DNA from: Solirubrobacteraceae bacterium | Lineage (GTDB): Bacteria; Actinomycetota; Thermoleophilia; Solirubrobacterales; Solirubrobacteraceae | NCBI GenBank assembly: GCA_035473995.1 | Contig: DATINR010000132.1 | Coordinates: 9,737-73,736, forward strand | DNA length: 64,000 nt | Direction: 5' to 3' | In this document: piece after piece, positions 27,896 through 36,201 of the stretch | Layout: each line of letters starts with the position of its first letter | Numbering within the stretch: position 1 is the first letter of the stretch | Program-made: the position numbers and the translations under genes | Notes under the pieces: model-generated | The model's input: only the letters and a program-made list of their open reading frames with translations | Told to the model about the DNA's origin: nothing | Database searches by the model: none

Positions 27896-28474
27896 GTGAC
27901 AGCCTCGGTCGACCTCTACTGGCTGCCGCTGGGGGCGGGCGGATCGTTTGTGAGGCTCAACGGCCGGATCTTCGAGGCGCTCGCGGCGAGGTTCCAGCGG
28001 CGCCCGCCGCGCGACCTCTATCACTCGGCACTGCAGGTGCACGTGGACGGGGCGAGGTTCGTGATCGAGCAGACCCCGGTCCCCGACCTCAGCGGCGATC
28101 GACGGGGCGTCGTCGCGCAAGGCGCCGTCGGCGCCCGCTGGGCGGGTCGATTGCGGATCTTCCGCTACGAGATCCGCCTGTGGCGCGAAGGCTCCATCCC
28201 AGACGTCGCCGAGGCCGTGCAGAGTCCGGTGCGGCTTAGCGGCGAGGAGGCCTGCGCGCGGCGCGTGCTCGAGCAGGTCGAGCAGGTGCCGACGCCAGTG
28301 TGGGGCCGCGACGAGCTGGGGGCTGGGGAGATGTGGAACTCCAACGCCGTGATCGCCTGGGTGCTCGCGCGCAGCGGGATCGACGCAGCGTCGATCCGGC
28401 CGCCGGAGGGGGGACGCGCACCGGGCTGGCAGGCAGGGGTCGTCGTCGCGCGCCGCGAAGCTCAGCTGTCGTGA
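27896..28474 (+). CDS. Hypothetical protein, PPPDE/permuted papain-like pattern
   Basis: VDLYWL...YHSALQV...FRYEI...WNSNAVIAW...PGW; TAGCTT-N7-GTG. Confidence 0.55.
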   Translation: MTASVDLYWLPLGAGGSFVRLNGRIFEALAARFQRRPPRDLYHSALQVHVDGARFVIEQTPVPDLSGDRRGVVAQGAVGARWAGRLRIFRYEIRLWREGSIPDVAEAVQSPVRLSGEEACARRVLEQVEQVPTPVWGRDELGAGEMWNSNAVIAWVLARSGIDAASIRPPEGGRAPGWQAGVVVARREAQLS

Positions 28475-28508
28475 CCGGCGCTTCAACGGTGTTCTAGGCT
28501 CAAGCGCG

Positions 28509-29294
28509 ATGGATCCAGCAACTGCCGGCATGTCGGGCCTCTCTGCCGCCGAGACGCGCGTGCTCGGCTGCCTCTTGGAAAAGCAGCGCACGACGCCTGA
28601 GCAGTACCCGCTGTCGCTGAACGCGCTGCGGCTGGCGTGCAACCAGTCGACCAACCGCGACCCGGTAGTCGCTTACGACGAGGCGACGATCCGTGACGCC
28701 CTGCACCGGCTCGAGCGCCGGCGCCTGGTGCGCTTCGCCAGCGGCAGCCGCGCCGCGAAGTACCGCCACCTGCTCGAAGAAGTGCTGCCGCTGGAGGAGG
28801 GCGAACGCGCGGTGATGACCGTGCTGCTGCTGCGCGGCGCGCAGACACCGGGCGAGCTGAAGCAGCGCACCGAGCGGATGCATGCGTTTGCCGAGCTCGC
28901 GGGCGTGCAAGACACGCTCGAGCGACTGATCGGGCGCGAGCTGGTGAGAAGGCTCGACCGGCGCCCGGGGCAGAAGGAGGAGCGCTACGAGCAGTTGCTG
29001 CAGGGCGGGGAGGAGGGCGAGGTGGTCGGCACCGTCTCCGCGGCCACCGAGGCCGAGCAGACGAGCACGAATGGCGTCGGGGGTGCCGCGACTTCGGCAT
29101 CGCCGGCACAGGGCCCCGCGTCGGGCACTGCGGAGAACCCGAAGCCAGAGAGCGCGGAGCTGCAGGAGTTGCGCGAGCGCGTCGAGCGCCTGGAACGCGA
29201 AGTGGCCGAGCTGCGCTTCGCGATGCGCAATCCTTCACCTAACCCGTTGCCGGGCCCAGCCCATGATCCCTCCCGCTTTGATCCTCGCCTCTAG
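28509..29294 (+). CDS. YceH/DUF480-family protein
   Basis: RVLGCLLEKQRTTPEQYPLSLNALRLACNQSTNRDPV, LLLRGAQTPGEL, PGQKEERY. Confidence 0.9.
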   Translation: MDPATAGMSGLSAAETRVLGCLLEKQRTTPEQYPLSLNALRLACNQSTNRDPVVAYDEATIRDALHRLERRRLVRFASGSRAAKYRHLLEEVLPLEEGERAVMTVLLLRGAQTPGELKQRTERMHAFAELAGVQDTLERLIGRELVRRLDRRPGQKEERYEQLLQGGEEGEVVGTVSAATEAEQTSTNGVGGAATSASPAQGPASGTAENPKPESAELQELRERVERLEREVAELRFAMRNPSPNPLPGPAHDPSRFDPRL

Positions 29295-30036
29295 CGCCGA
29301 CACGGCCACCGGCGTCGGCATTCCGCTGGCGCTTGCAGCCGGCTTCGTGTCGTTCCTCTCGCCGTGTGTGCTGCCGCTCGTGCCGGGCTACCTCTCGACG
29401 GTGATCGGCGTCACGCCGAACGACCTGAAGGCAGGCGTGGGCGTGCGCCGCGTGCTCGTGCCGAGCCTCTTGTTCATCGCGAGCTTCTCGCTGATCTTCA
29501 TCCTGCTGGGCCTCTCGGCGACGGTGATCGGCTCGACGCTGAACGAACACAAACAGCTGCTCAACCACGTCGGCGGCGCCGTGATCATCGCGCTTGGCGT
29601 CGTCTTCCTGGCGAGCCCATTCATCAACATGCTCAACCGCGAGTGGCACTCCGAAACTTTGCTGCGGCTGGCGGGGAAGGGGGGACCGCTGATGGCCGGC
29701 GCGGCTTTCGCGATCGCCTGGACGCCCTGCACGAGCATCACGCTCGGGGCGATCCTCACGCAGGCCGCCGTTTCGAGCTCGGCAGCGCACGGGGCCCTGC
29801 TGCTCGCGTTCTACTCGCTCGGGCTGGCGATCCCGTTCCTGCTGATCGCCGTGGCGTTCGAGCGGATGACCGGGGCGCTGGCGGTCGTCAAGCGGCACTT
29901 CCCCGTGATCATCGGGATCGGCGGGGCCGTGATGATCGTGCTGGGGGTGTTGATCGTGACGGGGGAGTTCACGGTGCTGAATGCCGAAGCGAACAAGCTG
30001 CTGCAAGGGACGGGGTTGGACGTTTCGGGGGTTTGA
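29263..30036 (+). CDS. ccdA: Cytochrome c biogenesis / thiol-disulfide transporter CcdA
   Basis: SFLSPCVLPLVPGYL and AWTPC Cys motifs, six TM. Confidence 0.88.
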   Translation: MIPPALILASSADTATGVGIPLALAAGFVSFLSPCVLPLVPGYLSTVIGVTPNDLKAGVGVRRVLVPSLLFIASFSLIFILLGLSATVIGSTLNEHKQLLNHVGGAVIIALGVVFLASPFINMLNREWHSETLLRLAGKGGPLMAGAAFAIAWTPCTSITLGAILTQAAVSSSAAHGALLLAFYSLGLAIPFLLIAVAFERMTGALAVVKRHFPVIIGIGGAVMIVLGVLIVTGEFTVLNAEANKLLQGTGLDVSGV

Positions 30037-30046
30037 CGCGACGCGC

Positions 30047-30084
30047 CGGCGACGCGCGGAGTCCGATGGCTCCACGCGTCGCCG
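30047..30084. terminator. Hairpin between convergent genes
   Basis: CGGCGACGCG / CGCGTCGCCG 10-bp arms plus inner GGAG/CTCC. Confidence 0.5.
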
Positions 30085-30105
30085 AAAGGGATGCCCGGAC
30101 CGGCG

Positions 30106-30789
30106 CTATGCCGCGATTTCTACTTCGATTTCTTTTCCTTCTTTTTTGAAGGCGGTCATCGTGTCGACCGTTTCCACGCCCGCAAATTCGAATTCAGGCG
30201 AGTTGCGCGCGGTTTCGAGCTTGCAGGTGATGAATTTTTCTTCCTCGTTGAAGACTTCGACGATGTCGTTGACGCCTTTTTCCTGCTTGAATTCCGTCAC
30301 GAGTTCTTTCGTTTTTTTATTGAGAGGTTTGACTAAGCCAGCCATACAGCCTCGAAGTTTCACGATCGTTTTGCCGCATTCGATTTTCGCTTCGGTTGGT
30401 AAGAAGACGAGTCCCGTTTGTAATGCTTTCGTTAATAAGACGTACCACACGTGGAAGGCGCCTTTGAGCGTGATCTGCTGTTCTTTGTCGCCGGTGCCTA
30501 AGCAGGAGGTTTTTCCTTCGGTTAAGCAGGCCATGAAGGTGGTCGAGAATTCGCCTAATTTTAAGCCCGTAACTTTGCCTGTGCCCGTGCCTTTTTCGCA
30601 GTTGATCTGAAAGCCGTTTTTTTCTTCGAAGTGAGTGATGCCGTGTTTGGCGGTGAATTCGATCGGTACTTTTGCCGTTGCTTCGGGTAAGAATTGAGGT
30701 TTCACCGCGGCGCTCGCCGGGGCAGCTGCGATTGCGCTCATTGCGGCAACTGCCACGAGCGCGCCGATCAGTGCTCTTGGCAACTTCAT
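30106..30789 (-). CDS. Secreted Lys/Glu-rich hypothetical protein with 6 Cys and AT-rich coding sequence
   Basis: Signal peptide MKLPRALIG...PASA, AAGGAG RBS, beta-rich mature part. Confidence 0.75.
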   Translation of the reverse strand: MKLPRALIGALVAVAAMSAIAAAPASAAVKPQFLPEATAKVPIEFTAKHGITHFEEKNGFQINCEKGTGTGKVTGLKLGEFSTTFMACLTEGKTSCLGTGDKEQQITLKGAFHVWYVLLTKALQTGLVFLPTEAKIECGKTIVKLRGCMAGLVKPLNKKTKELVTEFKQEKGVNDIVEVFNEEEKFITCKLETARNSPEFEFAGVETVDTMTAFKKEGKEIEVEIAA

Positions 30790-31058
30790 GTTTGACACTC
30801 CTTGTGTTGGTGTGCGGTGAGTCCGCCCCCTCCGCTGCGCGCGTCGGCGGCGGATCTTCTCGAGGCCGAGGAATACTTTCTGGGAGTTACGGCCTAGGCG
30901 ATAATCCCATGTGGCCGTTGAGCTCGGCAAGCGATCTGGATGCCTGTCTCCGACGCTAAGCACCCTTCTGTAAACGCAGGCCGATGGCTACAATGGTCAC
31001 GGCGCCGCAGTGATCAAAACGGCCGCTGCGGCCGTCCAGCAACACGGCGAGCGCCGTA

Positions 31059-31838
31059 TCAGAGGGCCGGCTGCCCGGTCGTCCGCGTGGCGCGTGGCCG
31101 CTGTCTGTATCGCCCTTCCCAAGCCTCCTGATTGCGCTTCGCATCCAGCACAAACGGCGACCACCCGATCGCCCTTACGATCCAGCGGTTGATCGTCGAC
31201 TCAGGCTCAGGCAGCGGCCGCAGCACGTCCACGAACAGCACGACGCGAGTCTCATCGGTGTCGTTCCACACCTCGTGGTTGAAGGTGTCGTCGAAGACCA
31301 TGCTCTTGCCGGCTTCCCAGTGGCGGTAGTCCTCGCCGACGCGGATGCGGCAGGACTCGGCGTCCTCGGGCACGACAAGCCCCAGGTGGTAGCGCAGCAC
31401 GCCCTTGTAGGGCCCCCGGTGGTCGAGGATGTGCTTGCGCGGGGAGAGGATCGAGAACATCGCCGTCGTCATGCCCGGGATCTCGCGCATCAGCGCCGCC
31501 GTGTTCGGGCACATCTCGACGCCCAGCTTCGCCTCGAAGCCGTAGCCGTAGAGGAAGAACGTCTTCCAGCGGTCGTCGTCGGTGATCTCGATCTGGTCCT
31601 TGGAGATGTCCTGAAAGTTTGCCAGCGCGTCGCGATCCTCGAGCAGCCGCTCGGCCTCCTCGCGGATCACCTCCCAGTTCTGCTCGATGTGCGCCACCCA
31701 CGGGAAGCGCTCGAGCGGGAAGAACGTCGCATCGCCGACGAGCGAGCGTTTGCCGATGAAGCGCTCGATCGGTGCGAGGACTCGTTCGCCGACCGAGATA
31801 GTCGTCTCGACGATGCGCTCCCATAGCGACTTGGACAC
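31059..31838 (-). CDS. Aspartyl/asparaginyl beta-hydroxylase-domain 2OG-Fe(II) dioxygenase
   Basis: HRGPYKGVLRYHLGL, FDDTFNHEVWN, RVVLFVD. Confidence 0.88.
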   Translation of the reverse strand: MSKSLWERIVETTISVGERVLAPIERFIGKRSLVGDATFFPLERFPWVAHIEQNWEVIREEAERLLEDRDALANFQDISKDQIEITDDDRWKTFFLYGYGFEAKLGVEMCPNTAALMREIPGMTTAMFSILSPRKHILDHRGPYKGVLRYHLGLVVPEDAESCRIRVGEDYRHWEAGKSMVFDDTFNHEVWNDTDETRVVLFVDVLRPLPEPESTINRWIVRAIGWSPFVLDAKRNQEAWEGRYRQRPRATRTTGQPAL

Positions 31839-31966
31839 GTTGATCGCCTCCCGTGCTTGATGTCACCTTCGCGGCTTGCCATGGCGAGCCGTTGCGCGGC
31901 CAGCCTAGCCGACCACTACCCCGGATCGGCCCCATCCACTAGCCTGCGCCACCGAGGGGAGACACC

Positions 31967-32785
31967 GTGACGATCGACGCCTGGATGCAGCACCCGACGG
32001 TCCGCTTCAGCGAGCACGAGATGTTCGACTCGCTGCGGCGCTGGACCGGCCAGCAGCCGCTCGAGCAGGAGCTGCCGATCGCGATGACGCTCGCCGCGAT
32101 GGACCACGCCGGCGTCGACTTCGCCCTGCTCAGCGCCTGGCACGCCCCGCGCGAGGGCGCGCTGATATCGAACGACGAGGTCGCCGGCTGGGTCTCCGAG
32201 CACCCCGACCGCCTCGCCGGCCTCGCCGCCGTCGATCTCGACAAGCCGATGCAGGCCGTGCGCGAGCTGCGCCGCTGCGTGGGCGAGCTCGGCTTCAAGG
32301 GACTGCGGGCGCTGCCGTGGCTGTGGGACGCGCCGCCGACCGACCGCCGCTACTACCCGCTGTATGCAGCCTGCGTCGAGCTCGGCGTGCCCTTCTGCAC
32401 GCAGGTCGGCCACGCCGGCCCGCTGCGGCCCTCAGAGCCCGGCCGCCCGATTCCCTACATCGACCAGGTCGCGATCGACTTTCCCGAGCTCGTGATCGTC
32501 GGCGGGCACATCGGCTACCCGTGGACCGAGGAGATGATCGCCGTCGCGCGCAAGCACGAGAACGTCTACATCGACACCTCTGCCTACACGAGCAAGCGCA
32601 TCCCGCCCGAGTTCGTCGCCTACATGCACACCGCCAGCGGCGCGCGCAAGGTCCTCTACGGCAGCAACTACCCGATGATCATGCCCCAGGCCGCGCTGGC
32701 CGACCTCGACGCGCTCGGGCTGGACGACGAGACGCGCGAGCTGTACCTCGCCGGCAACGCCCGGCGCGTGTTCGGTCTCGCTTGA
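31967..32785 (+). CDS. Amidohydrolase_2-family metal-dependent hydrolase
   Basis: IDAWMQH, GGHIGYPW, VYIDTS, LYGSNYP. Confidence 0.88.
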   Translation: MTIDAWMQHPTVRFSEHEMFDSLRRWTGQQPLEQELPIAMTLAAMDHAGVDFALLSAWHAPREGALISNDEVAGWVSEHPDRLAGLAAVDLDKPMQAVRELRRCVGELGFKGLRALPWLWDAPPTDRRYYPLYAACVELGVPFCTQVGHAGPLRPSEPGRPIPYIDQVAIDFPELVIVGGHIGYPWTEEMIAVARKHENVYIDTSAYTSKRIPPEFVAYMHTASGARKVLYGSNYPMIMPQAALADLDALGLDDETRELYLAGNARRVFGLA

Positions 32786-32822
32786 GCAGCCACGGCGGCC
32801 GGCGGCGGAGTCGGTTAAACAG

Positions 32823-32850
32823 CGAGGCCCCGTCTCTCGACAGGGCCTCG
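32823..32850 (-). terminator. Intrinsic terminator of sigma factor gene
   Basis: Minus strand CGAGGCCC-TGTC-GAGA-GACG-GGGCCTCG followed by CTGTTT; GNRA loop. Confidence 0.7.
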
Positions 32851-32882
32851 TCTGCGCATCTAGATGCTTGTGGAGCTTTGGC

Positions 32883-33863
32883 TTACGCGGCCTCGCGCAG
32901 TGCCGCCAGCTCAGGCGACTCGGCGAGCTTCTTCAGCGCGCGCTGCTCGAGCTGTGAGGCACGCTCGGCCGAGAAGCCGAGCCTTTTGCCGATCGCCGTC
33001 AGCGTCTGCGGCTCCTCTCGGCCGGTGCCGAAGCGCAGCGTCAGCACGGTGCGCTCGGTCTCGGGCAGCTCGGAGATCGCGCGGTGCACGATCCGCTCGC
33101 GCTCGTTGTCCCAGGCCGTCTCCTCCGGCGCCTCCGCGTCGGAGGGGAGCAGGTCGCCGAGCGCGGTGTCGCCGTCTTCGCCGATCTGCTGGTCGAGCGA
33201 TACGAGGGCCGCGCGCTGGTGGCGCACCTCCTCGACCTGCTCGATCGGCAGCCCGGTCTCCTCGGCGAGCTCCTCGATCGTCGGCTCGCGCCCGAGCCTG
33301 ACCGACAGCTCGCGCTCGACCCGGCCGACCTTGCGCGAGCGCTGAGCGACGTGCACGGGCAGGCGGATCGTGCGCCCCGAGTTCTCCAGGCCGCGCTGAA
33401 TGGCCTGGCGGATCCACAGGGTCGCGTACGTGGAGAAGCGGAAGCCCTTGCGCCAATCGAACTTCTCCGAGGCGCGAATCAGGCCGAGCATGCCCTCCTG
33501 GACAAGATCGCCCAAGGGCAGGCCCTGGTTCTGGTAGCGCCTGGCGTTCGAAGCCACGAGGCGCAGGTTGGAGTTGACGAGCAGTTCCTTGGCGTGCAGG
33601 TCGCCGCGCTCGATCCGCTGAGCCAGGTCGATCTCCTGGGCCGGCGTGAGCAGCGGGTAGCGGCGCGAATGCGCCAGCAGCTGGTCTACCGCCTCCGGGA
33701 TGAACGAATCGGGCGTGCTCAGGTCGAGCTTCTCGATCGGGCTGTCGAGCCTGTCCGGCGCAGCCTTCGGCGTCTCCTCAACCGTCTCAGGCTCGTGCTC
33801 AGCCGTGATCTCGGTCGTGGGCCGCTCTATCGTTGGGGTTGAACTTCTGGGGGAATCTGGCAT
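32883..33863 (-). CDS. RNA polymerase sigma-70 factor, RpoD/SigA-like but lacking region 1.1 (group-2-like)
   Basis: Region 1.2 PLLTPAQE, NLRLV, DLVQEG..GLIRA.EKFD..KGFRFSTYA..WIRQAI, TIRLPVH, region-4 HTH. Confidence 0.93.
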   Translation of the reverse strand: MPDSPRSSTPTIERPTTEITAEHEPETVEETPKAAPDRLDSPIEKLDLSTPDSFIPEAVDQLLAHSRRYPLLTPAQEIDLAQRIERGDLHAKELLVNSNLRLVASNARRYQNQGLPLGDLVQEGMLGLIRASEKFDWRKGFRFSTYATLWIRQAIQRGLENSGRTIRLPVHVAQRSRKVGRVERELSVRLGREPTIEELAEETGLPIEQVEEVRHQRAALVSLDQQIGEDGDTALGDLLPSDAEAPEETAWDNERERIVHRAISELPETERTVLTLRFGTGREEPQTLTAIGKRLGFSAERASQLEQRALKKLAESPELAALREAA

Positions 33864-33895
33864 TTGAACCTTCTAATCCGATGCTTGGAGTCGGA

Positions 33896-33924
33896 ATTAT
33901 ACGCCGCGATAGTTGCGTTGTCAA
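33896..33924 (-). promoter_or_regulatory. Perfect consensus promoter TTGACA-N17-TATAAT
   Basis: Minus strand TTGACA ACGCAACTATCGCGGCG TATAAT, 32 bp upstream of the sigma factor ATG. Confidence 0.85.
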
Positions 33925-33928
33925 CTAT
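33909..33928. promoter_or_regulatory. Operator-like palindrome ATAGTTG-N6-CAACTAT overlapping the -35 box
   Basis: Perfect 7-bp arms read directly. Confidence 0.6.
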
Positions 33929-34136
33929 GTCTTGGGCACACCCGTTTCGGGGTCTCGTTCGACGTTCCCTGTGCAACTACCTGCCCGCTGGGACATGAAA
34001 CTATGCGGCGCTTACCCGGACATAAACCCGTAAGACCGGCAAAAGGCTCTGCGCCTGCAAGCTGCCGCAGGGACCGTCTTTGCCGATATCGGGCCGCGCC
34101 CGCCCGGGGCTGAGCGAAGCGGGCTAAGCTCGGCGA

Positions 34137-34883
34137 ATGGGCATCGACCTCTCCGATCGCGTCGTAGCCGTGACCGGCGCCTCCTCGGGCATCGGCGAGG
34201 CAACGGCGCTCGCCTGCGCCAAGGCCGGCGCCGCCGTCGCGCTGGCCGCGCGGCGCAGCGACCGGATCGATGCGCTCGCCCAGCGCATCCGGAGCGAGGG
34301 CGGGCGGGCGATCGCCGTGCAGACCGATGTCGGCGAGGAGGACCAGGCGCGCGCCTTCGTCGAGCGCACCAACGACGAGCTCGGCCGGATCGACGTGCTC
34401 GTCAACAACGCCGGCACGATGCTGCTCGGGCCGATCCTCGGCGCGCCGACCGAGGAATGGCGGCAGATGATCCACGCCAACGTCTACGGCGTCCTCTACT
34501 GCACCCACGCCGCGCTGCCGCTGATGGCCAAGCAGGGATCCGGGCACATCGTCAACGTCAGCTCCGTCGCCGGGCGCTTCGCCCGCGAGGGCTCAGGCGT
34601 CTACAACCTGACCAAGTTCGGCGTCGGCGCCTTCTCGGAGTCGCTGCGCCAGGAGGGCGTGCGCTACGGCGTGCGCGTCACGCTGATCGAGCCCGGCGCA
34701 GTGGCCACCGAGCTCTCCGGGCACAATCGGCCCGAGATCAGGGAGCAGATCAAGCAGATCTTCGCCGAAGTCGAGCCGCTCACGGCCGAGGACATCGCGG
34801 CTGCCGTGCTCTATGCGATCGGCCAGCCGCCGAACGTGAGCGTCAACGAGGTGCTCGTGCGCCCCAGCGGGCAGGCTCGCTGA
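34137..34883 (+). CDS. Short-chain dehydrogenase/reductase (YdfG/NADP-type)
   Basis: TGASSGIG, NNAG, NVSS, YNLTK; TAAGCT-N6-ATG. Confidence 0.93.
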   Translation: MGIDLSDRVVAVTGASSGIGEATALACAKAGAAVALAARRSDRIDALAQRIRSEGGRAIAVQTDVGEEDQARAFVERTNDELGRIDVLVNNAGTMLLGPILGAPTEEWRQMIHANVYGVLYCTHAALPLMAKQGSGHIVNVSSVAGRFAREGSGVYNLTKFGVGAFSESLRQEGVRYGVRVTLIEPGAVATELSGHNRPEIREQIKQIFAEVEPLTAEDIAAAVLYAIGQPPNVSVNEVLVRPSGQAR

Positions 34884-34926
34884 GCGAAGCAGCTGATCGG
34901 CTCCCGCGGGGGTCCGCCTCGCCTGC

Positions 34927-34953
34927 GGGAAGGTTCTCCACTGCGCGGCGTCT
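34927..34953 (+). promoter_or_regulatory. ECF-sigma-like promoter copy 1 (GGGAAG-N17-GTCT)
   Basis: GGGAAGGTTCTCCACTGCGCGGCGTCT; same spacing as 38555 and 41988. Confidence 0.65.
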
Positions 34954-35001
34954 GAGGGTCTGAAGCAAGAAGCACCGACCCCAGCGACAGGAGGCCACAC
35001 A

Positions 35002-35583
35002 GTGAGACGTCCCCTTGCGCTCGGCGCAGCCGCGACCGCAGTCGCGCTGCTCGCCGGATGCGGCAGCAGCAGCTCGAGCAGCAGCAGCTCCACCGCCGCC
35101 TCGACCCCGGCGTCGACGGCGAGCACGGCTGCATCGACGAGCACGACCGCCGCAGCAGGCCCCGGCGTAGCCGTCGAAAGCAAGCACGCCAAGCTCGGCA
35201 CGATCCTCGCCGCCGGGCCGAAGAAGCTGACCGTGTACATGTTCGAGGCCGACAAGGGGACGACGTCGAGCTGCAGCGGCGCCTGCGCCAAGGTGTGGCC
35301 GCCCGTGACCACCTCCGGTGCGCCCACCGCCGCCGGCGGCGCCGTCAGCGCCGACCTCGGCACGACCAAGCGCTCCGACGGCACAGAACAGGTCACCTAC
35401 AAGGGCCACCCGCTGTACTTCTACGACGACGACAAGGACGCCGGCGACGCCTACGGCCAGGGCTCGAAGGCGTTCGGCGCGAGTTGGTACGTGCTCAACC
35501 CGAGCGGCGCGAAGATCGACGAGGACTCGGGCGGCAGCAAGGGCGGCGGCTCCGGCGGCTCGGGCTACGGTTCGCAATCGTGA
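35002..35583 (+). CDS. COG4315-type (Lipoprotein_15 repeat) lipoprotein
   Basis: Lipobox LLAGC, Ser/Thr linker, TVYMFEAD..C.GACAKVWPP and QVTYKGHPLYFY..D repeats; AGGAGG RBS. Confidence 0.85.
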   Translation: MRRPLALGAAATAVALLAGCGSSSSSSSSSTAASTPASTASTAASTSTTAAAGPGVAVESKHAKLGTILAAGPKKLTVYMFEADKGTTSSCSGACAKVWPPVTTSGAPTAAGGAVSADLGTTKRSDGTEQVTYKGHPLYFYDDDKDAGDAYGQGSKAFGASWYVLNPSGAKIDEDSGGSKGGGSGGSGYGSQS

Positions 35584-35712
35584 GGTAGCCGCAATGCTTG
35601 CGCCGGGCTGTGGCGGCCCGGCGTCGAGGGGGGTGGGGATGAACAGCTCGGCGGGGGCGGTCGCGACTGGCGGCGGCCGCTCCGCCGGGTCCCCATCCCG
35701 CGCGCCCAGGCG

Positions 35713-36150
35713 CTAGTCGACCGCCTGCCCGTTGGCCGTCAGCAGCACGTCGATGTTGCCGCGCGTCGCGTTCGAGTACGGGCAGACCTTGTGCCCCGCG
35801 CGCACGAGCTCGGCCGCCTGCTCGGCGTCCTCGATCGAGGGCAGCCTCACGTGCAGCTCCACCGCGACCGTGAACGCGCGGTCCTCGGTCGTGACCAGCG
35901 AGACCTTCGAGTCGACTTCGACATCGTCTGCCTCCACCTTCATCCGCCGCGACACCGTTTGCAGCGCGCTCTCGAAGCACGCCGCGTAGCCGACCGCGAA
36001 CAGCTGCTCCGGGTTCGTGCCGTCCTCCTCGCCGCCAAGCTCCTTCGGCACGCGCAGGTCGACCTCGAGCGCGCCGTCCGACGTGCGCCCGTGGCCGTCT
36101 TTGCGCCCGCCAGTGACGTGCGCTTCGGCTGTGTACAGAGCTTTGCTCAT
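35713..36150 (-). CDS. ohr: Organic hydroperoxide resistance protein
   Basis: GGRKDG, TNPEQLFAVGYAACF, HKVCPYSNATRGN. Confidence 0.93.
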   Translation of the reverse strand: MSKALYTAEAHVTGGRKDGHGRTSDGALEVDLRVPKELGGEEDGTNPEQLFAVGYAACFESALQTVSRRMKVEADDVEVDSKVSLVTTEDRAFTVAVELHVRLPSIEDAEQAAELVRAGHKVCPYSNATRGNIDVLLTANGQAVD

Positions 36151-36201
36151 GCAGTTCCCTCCGGCTGGTTCGTTCTGATCAATTAATAAATAGATGGCCG
36201 C

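Noticed and set aside
34082-34089. GCCGATAT as a sigma28 -10 for the SDR gene
   Set aside because: No matching -35 at 15-17 bp; the SDR has a TAAGCT leaderless promoter
35590-35705. GC-rich nested hairpins between convergent genes as possible ncRNA or REP element
   Set aside because: No second copy seen in the window and no family features; consistent with a bidirectional terminator region
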